Source: Marsupella aquatica | Taxonomy: Eukaryota; Plantae; Marchantiophyta | Direction of reading: 5' to 3' | Length of the DNA stretch: 64,000 nt | NCBI GenBank assembly: GCA_973895155.1 | Contig: OZ316892.1 | Span: 11,050,420 to 11,114,419 of the forward strand | In this document: positions 40,144-50,844 of the stretch, piece after piece | How the letters are laid out: every line of letters begins with the position of its first letter | Numbering within the stretch: position 1 is the first letter of the stretch | The notes under the pieces: generated by a model | What the model saw: the letters and a program-made list of their open reading frames with translations, nothing else | Databases searched by the model: none | Told to the model about the DNA's origin: nothing | Program-made: the position numbers and the translations under genes

Positions 40144-41430
40144 TGCATGTAGAGTTATTTAGCAATGTGTGACTATTTGTATATGGATTACTCATTCCTA
40201 TTAGGCTACGGCTTAGTTCTAGTTAACCCTTAGTTAATCCTTGTGGTTTTTAGGGGGAGACCTGGTTTGGTGATTGTCTAGAACTTCCCGCTGAGGATTC
40301 CATATGGTTGCATTTAGTCCAGTCCCCAAGACAAGAGTCAAGGGGGAGTTTGTTAGATATTGCTCTAGTCTTGTGACTCATGAGCTAACCACAATTAGTC
40401 TAACTCGGGTTAGGACTTAGCTAATGTTAGCTGTAGTGCTGTTGTGTATATAGCCAGGGCTGATGCCAGACCCTGGTGGAACTTAGGCTCATTGTTACGG
40501 AGCTAGTTGAGAGATAGGGAGAGCTTGTGCTGTGGATGCTTGGTATGGCCGGTCGGCCTAGAGTGCAGTAAAGCTCTTGTGTGTTCGCGTGGACGTAGCC
40601 TCATGTGGAGGTGAACCACGTATCTCTGTGTCGACTATTGTGCGTTGGATGATTCATGGGTTTGTCGTTACGAATGTCGTCTATGCTCAACAGTGTTTGG
40701 TTCTAAGTCACTAGAAATTTTGCTGGAGCATAATGAGACAACTATAACTTTGGAAACTGCTCCATGAACTTAAACCAGAGTTTCATGAGTCAGTCAGATA
40801 TGTAAGTGCAAGAATTAGCTGCTACTCATTCATTTTTAAGCTTAAAAGCAGTGACTATCCTTTGTTTCTCTCTATGGCCTTCAACATACAACTTTATTTT
40901 TTGCTGTGAAAATTAGTTTTATAAGTAGAGGTGACAGCTGTACATTTTCTTTGTATTTCTATAGGGCTTTAGAGACCACAATTCTATCCTTAAAGCGCAG
41001 GGTGACTTTCTCTTTGTATATTTTTTGTGCTTCCCAGGCTACACTAGAGCCTGGACAGTGACTTTAATTTGCTTTTGTCTTATGTCCACCTTGTGCTTCG
41101 AGCTTACTAAAACACGGCCCCTCTTGCTTGTATGAGATCGAAACACCCTTGGGTAGGCCTGGGGTGCTCATGACTGAAACATATTAATTAATCCGTGGAC
41201 CCCATGTTCATCCAAGGAATGTGTGTGTGATGAAGTGAAATTAATTTTCAGCAAGGCAGTAACCGATGATTTTGAGTCTCCTGGTGGTCTTGGTGTGTGT
41301 TCTTACAAAAGCGAAAGCTCGAAAGATAGAGGAGATCGATCTGGTTGAGATTATCTCTCTGGTTACCAAACGGAAGGTTGAGTGTGGAGGAATTGAGTTT
41401 TTTGACGGTTTTCGCTTACACATTGGAGAA

Positions 41431-41660
41431 ATCAAAATGTAAATAAAATTGTTATTGGGAGCATTTTTACCTCAATCTTTTCATCTTTTAATTTGCATGT
41501 CAGTTTTTTTACATTCTCTTTTATGGCATGACGGCCCAACTTTTACAAAGAAGCTACCACAAACATGAATGCATAAGTTAATTTTATCCAAAAACAAGTC
41601 TATTCATGTTTGCAGCGTGCCACGATGATTTTGTAAAGAACTCCTAATGGGGTCTGTAAC
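41431..41660 (-). repeat. Dispersed repeat, copy 2 (inverted relative to 5875-6130)
   Basis: Ends TAATGGGGTCTGTAAC; contains AAGTTAATTTTATCCAAAAACAAGTC. Confidence 0.7.
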
Positions 41661-43119
41661 TAAAGATCTCTGTCCCTTCTCCACTCAGTCTCACCAGCAA
41701 TTCTTGAAAAGGACTGAATGGTGGACTCCATACTGATGCCTCACATCGCATAGACAATTGTCCTTACCACATCTCCGAGCCAAAAGCATATCTTACTATA
41801 AAAACGTGAACTAAGTCTACTCTAAATACAAACAAAAGTGATCATGAGTCTCAATAAAAAATATTGATTTTAAATAAAGACAAAACTGAAATGAGGGTGG
41901 ACAAAAAACAAGGATGGACCAAAGATTAACTGAAATAACATAGAAATTTTATTATGCAAGAGTATTTTTCTTCATATCTATTTACGTTCAAGTAACTGGC
42001 AATCGGGCTAGTCCTTGGTAAACCCAACCTGACTTTCTTTGAGCTATGGCTCTTAGGGTAGTTTTTACAGTCACTCATTTCTGGGTTTAACTCACCACAA
42101 ATTTCTGAATTTCACCCTCTATAACTCTAATATGCTTTGAAAAATATTTTAGTACTTGTTGGACCCTAAAGAGTAAATAGTCAAGGGACCCAGCAACAAT
42201 CTATTATAAATTTGCGGATGTAATCTACTATCCATCATGATCTGCTTCCTAGAGCTAGTGAAGCCATAATTATGCTCTACATAACGAATTTTTTAATATA
42301 TAGACTATGCTTTTGAGTAAGTACTGGCCAAAGGAGTGTGGGTACATGAAGCATGCATTTACAGAGGGGTATTCAGGCCTGTAAGAGGGATCTTGCTCTC
42401 CCTCGCCTGCATGCCTGAATAATACATATTCTCATGGTTTGAGCTTTAATAGCTCTACTATGATGAGGACTTTGCTTGGATAGTATTTATGGGGTAAGCG
42501 CAGTTTTTTGTAGCGCGGACTCTACCAAAGCGAACGGAATCAATGTTGATGTATTTTTGATTTGTTGTCATAAACCTTCTCGGGCTGTAGATAGACAATT
42601 ACATGGAATGTGATGCTCGTCTGGGTTTGTTGCACATATTGGGGCGAAATATCTAAACACAGTGTTCTTTAGTCTGGAAATCTTCTGCCAGCTGAACAGG
42701 ACGGAATGAGGCAGATGGCTGGATTCTCACCACTATCGTTTGGTTCGTGTGCTGCAGACATGTGGATAAAAGGCAAGAGAATGTGAAACTAGAACCTGGC
42801 AACCAAAATTTCAGAACTGATCACTGTCTGCACCGGAGAGAATTGGAGAGATTGTTTTGTTGTGTCTGTGATGTGTAGTTCATGTTGGGAAAGCAAATGA
42901 AACCCTAACAGCAAGGAGAGGGGGGTGGCATGAGCATGCGGAAGTTTCATCCTTCCCGTGCGCAGCATGGGTCTGGAACAATTTTATGGTATGACGGGGT
43001 GGACTGACAGTAACTTTCTGTTGCGGATTCCTGTAGGTGAAGTCTTTGGCGGAGAAAAGGATTCCAGAGTTGGCTGCCTTGTGTGAAAGATCTTCTGGGC
43101 TGCAATCTTGTGGACGAAG

Positions 43120-44936
43120 ATGAGTGGATCAGTGGAGGTCCCGAAAGATGGGGAGAGGGTTTTAGCTGCATCAAGACGTCCTGATGGAACGCTGCGTAAG
43201 CCTGTGCGGATTCGTTCAGGTTACACTCCTCAAGACGAAGTAGCTGTCTATCAATCTAAAGCTATGCTGGTGTGTCTCCTTCTCCCCTCTCTGTGCCTTT
43301 TTTTGGCCAAAAGACTCGAGAAGTCATTGATTATTGTAGTGTGCACAGTATTTTTGCTTTCACCTGATAGGCATTTTTCTCCCAACTCAGTGTTTCTTCA
43401 TTTAATGGCCATTCGAGTCACCAAGGTCGTGGTGCAAGTCACTTCATATTTTTTATGTTTGGGATATGCAACTGGCAAATGTTTTCCTTAAAAAATTCCA
43501 CTCGGCATGGCTAAACCTTTGAAATTCCAAGGCACGAATTGACATCCCAATATCACTCATAGTTAGCGATATTTGGGTGTTTGTGGCGTCGCAGTTCAAA
43601 CAGGGTATGCCCTCAGTGCCACCCGACTATGATCCAGACGACGCGTCAAAGCCGAAGATGAAGGCGGCAAGAAGAACGAGAAGAGGAAGGAGAAAAAGCA
43701 GCAGGTGCCGTCCGTTTGATGCTTGACCTTCCTGGCTTAGGTAGGGAGAGATTTGGTGTTCACGTTCAGATGGCAGCTGAAGAATGAAGCATGGGTAGTG
43801 TCTTGCCAAACACTTTGTAAGGTTGCTGATATAGTGTTTAAGGTAAGGGCTTTCAGTGAGGAATCTAGAATTCAAAGAGTGCACAGTCAAAGTGTCTTTT
43901 TTAGACATTGTCTTAGCCAAGTAGTGCCCGCAAAATTAGAAACTTCTGTGGCACTCAGAATTCAATCAAACGTTGGAAAATTCATGGTATTTTATGTGCA
44001 CCATCACGAATGAAATCTGATGCAGAATTGTTTTGAGGTTTGTTAGTAGCTTAAGTAGTTTTGAGTTGCTGCGGGTCTTCATTCACGGAACGGTTTGTTA
44101 CGTCCTACCGTAAAAATGTGATGTGCGATTGCTGTGCATCTCTCTTACACAAGATTCCTTTTTTAAAACGCATCTCTCTTGCGTCAGGGGGCACCCTCTA
44201 CAACCATCTGCTAATTCAACACACTCCAGAGATACTGGGGATGGAGCAGTCCACGAGGAGAAGTTAGCTTCTGCAGGATCTGAAGGTAGATCCGAACAAG
44301 ATGTCAGCAGTGTCGTTCAACAGATGAACTCTCTGAGTGTGGCTCAGTCAAAAGCTGCTGTCCCTCAAGAGGGTAACGTTTCTAAAGTTGATCTCGAGAA
44401 ACGAATACGTGCTTTGCGCAAAAAGGTATTGTTCGTTGAGAGATTTGGTGTGGGTTTGGGTCGGCAGGTAGCTATTCTTCTCATCTGAATGTCGAGACAT
44501 TTCACTGCATTTATTTTGAAGCTCTATTGTGGGCTACTATGTGTCTTAAGATTTTGGTATAGGGAAGATTTGTTCTAAGAATGGAGCAAATCTACTTCAT
44601 CTGGGCAAAATTTCAATCAAGAATCTGAAATCACTATGTTTTGATCCGTCAAGTCCCGGAAGTGTCCATTTTCCAAATCAGGGTACGAGCATTTGGAAAG
44701 TATGATAAATGAGTACGAGTATTTGGTCGCCATTTACATTCACCGATTGTTGAATCTGTATTAATTTTACTGTATCTGGAAATGATTTACAGATTCATTT
44801 GTCGGAGTCACTTCAGGCTTCGTCATCAAGTACGGCAACACTGGCACCGGAACCAGTCGAAAAGCTGTCTAAATTGAATACCTTGCGAAAAGAATTGGAG
44901 GATTTGGAATCTAAACTTGCTGCTGCCAATCATTGA
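43120..44936 (+). CDS. PYM: Partner of Y14 and mago (PYM/WIBG); exons 43120-43269, 43595-43704, 44188-44425, 44793-44936
   Basis: Mago-binding domain GERVLAASRRPDGTLRKPVRIRSGYTPQDEVAVYQSK; C-terminal DLEKRIRALRKK-I..EKLSKL. The spliced ORF is open but contains a compensated frameshift segment. Confidence 0.9.
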
Positions 44937-45795
44937 ACCTACCTGTTTCCTATTTTGGCCACCAAATAGAAGGACGTGTGGGCATTTTAACCCAAGTGGA
45001 CTCTTGCCTGTCAGGGTATGAGGTGAGAGTCTGCAGCAGTTGTTCGATTGGCCTCAATCTTAGAACCAATCGTTAGTGTACGTCAGGAATTAATTGTTGA
45101 TGAGGGTCTGTTGAGTAATATTTCTACACTAAATGGAATGCCCCTTTGGATTGGAGAGTATTATGTGTTCTGTGATCATGTGGTTGTGCACAAAGGCGTT
45201 GTTGTTGAGCATAGACGACGATCGCAACGGCAAGCCCATGAACCATCCAACGCACAATAGTCGACACAAGAGATACGTGGTTCACCTCCTTGAGGCTACG
45301 TCCACGGGAACACACAAGAGAGCTTTACTGAACTCTAAGCCCGTCGGCTATACCAAGTCTCCATAGTGTAAGCTCTCCCTATCTCTCAAGTGGCTCCATA
45401 ACAATGAGCCTTGGTTCTACCTCTCCAAGCACACATGCCTCTTATGATATAGTGTGCAACTTAGTTGTACCTAACCACATAGTTGTACCTAATCACGTAG
45501 TTGTACCTAACCACATAGTTGTACCTAATCACGTAGTTGTACCAACCCATGTTGTTATACCAACCACGTCATACCTAACCTAGACGTAAGAGTAAATACC
45601 CAACAATCTTCCCCTGGACTCTGGTCTAGGGGAGAGTAATACTGTCAATGTATATGATCCCTCAGCGGGAAGTTCTGGACAAAAACCAAACCGATTTCCC
45701 TCTCTAACTAGAGCAAACCAGAACTAAGCCGTAGCCTAAACATAGGAACGAGGAAGAGCATATATCAGTAATTACAATGAATGTTTAAGAAAACT

Positions 45796-48700
45796 CTACT
45801 TGTGATGCAATTGCAAAACCTGCAATACTTCACGGTGTCTAGAGAAACTCTCCAAAGGAATCACTTTGGTAAATGCGTCAGCCGGGTTGAGTTTACCATC
45901 AATCTTGACTAGCTCAAACAAATTATCAAACACAGCCTGCCTGATAAAATGGTACCTGACGTCAATGTGCTTCACTCTGCTGTCCATCACCTGGTTCACA
46001 GCAAGGTGGAGCACACTTTGACTATCACAATGGAGCTTCATATTCCCCTGTGGCAATCCCATTTCAATGATATGTCTATCCAACCAAATCGCTTCCTTTG
46101 CTGCTTCCGCAGCTGCAACATACTCCGCTTCTGTAGTAGACTGAGCAATACACTTCTGCAAAGTAGACCTCCAACTTATGCATCCACCGCCAAGTGTGAA
46201 CACGTATCCTGTTGTTGATCTCCTTCGGTCCAAATCTTGTCCATAGTCAGAATCAACATAGCCAATCAATGATTTAGCATTCTTTGCATTCGCATCAAAT
46301 AAAAGACCATGATCCACGGTACCCTTCAAGTACCTGATAATCCACTTCACTGCTTCCCAGTGTACCTTCCCTGGATTCGATATGTACCTGCTCACCTTGC
46401 CCATAGCCATGGCAAGATTAGGTCTAGTGCAAGTCATCAAATACATGAGACTCCCCACTGCCTTGTCATACGGAACCTTTGACATCAACCCCTTCTCTGT
46501 GTCATCCGTAGGACAGAACGCTGATGATAACTTGAAGTGTGGAGCCAACGGGGTACTTACTGGCTTGCTATTCCCTATGTTGAACCTTGCAATTACCTTC
46601 CTCGCATAACTGCTCTGCGTCAACCATAGCTTGCCAGCCTCCAAGTCCCTAGTGATCTCCATACCCAAAATCCTCTTAGCTGGCTCTAAGTCCTTCATCT
46701 TAAACTCTGCACTAAGCAGTGCCTTGAGCTTAACAATCTCAGACCTATCCTTGGCTGCAATTAGCATATCATCCACATAAAGTACTAAAACAATGAACCC
46801 AAAGACAACATTCTTTACCGGTTTCAAATACACACAAGGGTCAAATACACTTCTGTGAAAACCTTGTGACTAAATCCAATCGTCAAACCGCTTGTTCCAC
46901 TGTCTTGGTGACTGCTTCAACCCATACAAGGATTTCAGCAATCTGCAAACCAATTCCTCCTGTCCTCTCTTCACAAAACCTAGCGGTTGTCTCATGAAGA
47001 TCACCTCTTCCAATGTGCCATAGAGGAAAGCTGTGACAACATCCATCTGATCTAGCAGCAGACCAAACATTACAACAAGTACACACAATAGTCGTATTGT
47101 AGAGTACTTAGCAACTGGTGAGAAGACCTCATTGTAATCCACACCTTTCTCTTGTGTGAATCCCTTTGCTACCAATCTAGCCTTGTAGACCTTCGATCCA
47201 CCTCCTATGGAATTATCCTTCAGCTTGTAAATCCACTTGCTGTCCACCACTTGCTGACCCTTAGGCAGCTTAACAAGCTCCCAAGTTTTGTTGTCCTTTA
47301 GTGACTGCATCTCCGTTTGCATTGCTGCAGTCCACTTCTGCTTCTCCTTTGAAGCACTTGCCTCATGAAATGAAGAAGGTTCCCCTTCTTCCAAAATTAA
47401 CACATCACCCTCATCATCAGCTGTAAAATCATCCTCTTGCAGTTGAGATGAATCAACCCACTGTCCATACCTTGGTGGAGCGCGTACAGTGCGACCAGAT
47501 GTTCTTCTAGCCGATGACTCCGGTTGATCTGCGTGTGCTGGTACAATTTGAAGCTCAACAGCATCCACTTGCTGCTCACCAGCATCAACAAACTCCTCTG
47601 GTTCCTCTGGCACAGGAACCAGCTCCATAATTGGAGCAACTCCTTCTTTCCGGTCATGCACCTCATAACCAATCTCCCCCTCAACGAGATCCGGGATAGG
47701 AGATTTTCCTTTGTCAGTACGGGAGACCTGAGTATTCTCCCCCTCCTTCAATAATCTGGATTCATTGAAGGAAACATCCCTACTGACAACGAGCTTACAG
47801 GCAATAGGATCCCATAGCCTATAGGCTTTCACACCACTCTGGTACCCAAGAAAAACATATTTCTTGGAGGTAGGATCCAACTTGGTCCTATTCTGCTTCG
47901 GTGTGAGAGCATATGCATCACTTCCAAAAACTACCAAGCCATGATAGTCTGCTTGCCGCTTATAGCGCATCTCAAACGGCGTTTTGAAATTGATAGCACT
48001 AGAAGGAGAAAGATTTACCAAATAAGCTGCGGTATTGATAGCTTCTGCCCAAAATTCTTGTGGTAAACCTGATTGGCTCAACATACTCCGTGACCGCTCC
48101 AACAGTGTCCAATTGAGCCTCTCAGCGACACCATTCTGCTGCGGAGTATAAACTGTGGTGAGATGGCGAGTTATCCCCTGTTCTGAATAGTACTCTTCAA
48201 ATTCCATTGAAGTGTACTCCCCGCCGTTGTCTGACCTCAGACTCTTCACCCTTGTATCCAAACACTTGATCGTGTTTCCAGTCTGATTCTCCACCTGGGC
48301 CTTCCACTTCTTAAAAATGGACAAGACATCAGACTTATGCGTCATGAAATAAATTCACACAAATCTTGAGTAATCATCAATAAATGATACATAGTACAAC
48401 TTTCCAGAGTGTGAGGGAGTCGGGGATGGACCCCACACGTCACTATGTATGTACTCAAGAACCGCTTTGGAACGATGAGTTCCAACACCAAAAGCACGAC
48501 GATGCTGCTTTCCAAGAATGCAATGCTCACAAAACTCTAATTTACAAGATTGCAAATCAGAAATGAGTTCATTTTTCCGTAAGATAGCCAAACCCTTCTC
48601 ACTCATATGGCCTAGCCGTGAATGCCACAGTTGAGTCATCTCCTCGTGAGACTTGGTTACATTGGCCTCTCCACATACAGTATTGCCCTGTAACACATAC

Positions 48701-49926
48701 AAATTCTTTTGTCTACTCCCCTTCAAAATCACTGTCTCTCCCGACCTGACTTGAAGTTCACCATCAATAACGCTCCATTGATGACCATTTGAATCCAACA
48801 CACCGAGTGAAATCAGATTCTTACGCATGCCAGGTACATACCTGACTCCGGACACTGTGCGCACAGCGCCATCAAACATTTGAATCTTCACAGACCCAAT
48901 TCCCTCAATTTGACAGGAGTGATCATTTCCCATCAGAACTGAACCGTTTGAAATAGAGTAAGAACTGAAAAACTCACGAATGTAACAAATATGAAAAGAG
49001 CAAGCACAATCAAGAATCCACACATCATCTGCTCTCCTAGATGACGTGCACAGGGCATACCCCCGGCTTCATAAAACATACTCATCATTGAGTAAATCAG
49101 CTTCTCCATCAGCCCTAGCCACATTTGCCGATGAAGTTTCCGCTGCCTTTCCCTTACAGTCTCGCTTGAAGTGTCCAACTTGGTTGCACTTCCAACATAT
49201 CACCTGCCTCCTCTGAGGGGATTTACCCTTGGACTTAGATCTGGATTTAGATCTAAACTGGGTTCTACGGTCCCCAGTTGGTCGCTGCATACCCCTCCCA
49301 CGGTTAACATTGAGGGCAGCACCAGATGATGAAGGCTGTGATGTGATGTGCATTTTCTGCTGAAGATCATCACTAAGCAGAGAACTTACCACGTCATTAT
49401 ATGAAATGGTATCCCTATCACGATGCAACAACACTCGTGATAGGGACTGGTAAGATGGAGGCAATGAACTAAGAAGCTGCAGAGCCTTCGTCTCATCATT
49501 CAAAGTCTCCCCAAGGTTTTCCAAGTCAACGACCATATCATTGAAAGCATCCACATGGTCTTGCAACTTTGTGCCGGATTCCTTCATCCTGAAACTCATG
49601 AGTTTGTAGGAAGTGTAGAGCCGGTTCGACAACTCCTTGCGGTGATACTTGCTCTGCAATTCCACAAACAAGGACATGCAATCCTTAGGTGCACCCAACT
49701 GCTTGATGATGGGAGGCATGAGATAGAGTATAACACACCACACTCCCTGCTCCTGCATGCGGTCCCATTGTTTCTCATCAACATCGTCTTCACGAGGGCT
49801 CAACAGTTGGCCCATCCCTGACGCATAGAGCACTCCCTTCACCTGCTTCTCCCATAGCAAGTAGTCAGAGCGCCCATCATACTTTGTCACTTCATACTTG
49901 GGTCCCCCAAGCTTGAAAGTCCCCAT
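45796..49926 (-). pseudogene. Copia B gag-pol in one frame, interrupted by stops at 49069, 48355 and 46870
   Basis: Gag KYEVTKYDG, CWKCNQVGHFKRDC; protease WILDCAC; integrase [18 protein letters not shown]; RT LYVDDMLI; RNase H KHIDVRYHFIR. Confidence 0.93.
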
Positions 49927-50719
49927 CTTCTTCTTTGGCACTACCGTGAGCTCCGGTAGTAGTACTGCTTCCTCCACCACACGCCGCACCGGTGATGGTA
50001 TTGGTGTCACGTGCTCTTCCTCCTGCTCCTCTCTCTGCCCCTTGTCAACAACGAATGTTGATCAATTGCACTTGGTGCCGTCACCAATCCAACAAGGTAA
50101 TTGATTTTGCTTAGCCTTCCTCTTTGCATCAAAGAGCCAATCCCGGACTCAAAACAATCGTCTTGCCTCAATCTCTCCGTTGAGTCAAAACACTTGACGC
50201 TTCTCCCTCCGAGTCGATTGCCAACTTTCTTCACAAAATCCAGAACAACGAAAACTTAGATCTCTCTGCACCACGAGCTCCGTTCAGCGATTTCTTCACA
50301 CCGTTAGAAAGCTCTTGCCCCGATCTATCCGTTGAGCCCATAAACTCCAAGTTCCATGCGACGGAACTCCGGGAAATCCACCGACACTCAACGCTGGAAA
50401 AACCGTAATGAAATCCCGTCACGAACACACGTCACCTCCCAAGCATGCTCTGATACCAATTGTTGAGCATAGACGACGATCGCAACGGCAAGCCCATGAA
50501 CCATCCAACGCACAATAGTCGACACAAGAGATACGTGGTTCACCTCCTTGAGGCTACGTCCACGGGAACACACAAGAGAGCTTTACTGAACTCTAAGCCC
50601 GTCGGCTATACCAAGTCTCCATAGTGTAAGCTCTCCCTATCTCTCAAGTGGCTCCATAACAATGAGCCTTGGTTCTACCTCTCCAAGCACACATGCCTCT
50701 TATGATATAGTGTGCAACT

Positions 50720-50844
50720 TAGTTGTACCTAACCACATAGTTGTACCTAATCACGTAGTTGTACCTAACCACATAGTTGTACCTAATCACGTAGCTGTAC
50801 CTAACCACGTAGTTGTACCAACCCATGTTGTTGTACCAACCACG
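50720..50844. repeat. 18-bp tandem repeat in the U3 of the copia B LTR (also 45462-45568)
   Basis: TAGTTGTACCTAA(C/T)CAC(A/G): 5 good plus 2 degenerate units in the 5' LTR, 4 plus 2 in the 3' LTR. Confidence 0.9.

Larger units (their letters stand above)
33835..40692 (+). mobile_element. Full-length Ty1/copia LTR retrotransposon (Tnt1/Tork-like), copy A, with nonsense mutations
   Basis: 5' LTR 33835-34178 and 3' LTR 40351-40692 (about 11 substitutions plus a 2-bp indel by eye); TSD GTGTT; PBS TGGTATCAAAGC at 34181; PPT AAGGGGGAG at 40340; order gag-PR-IN-RT-RH. Confidence 0.97.
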
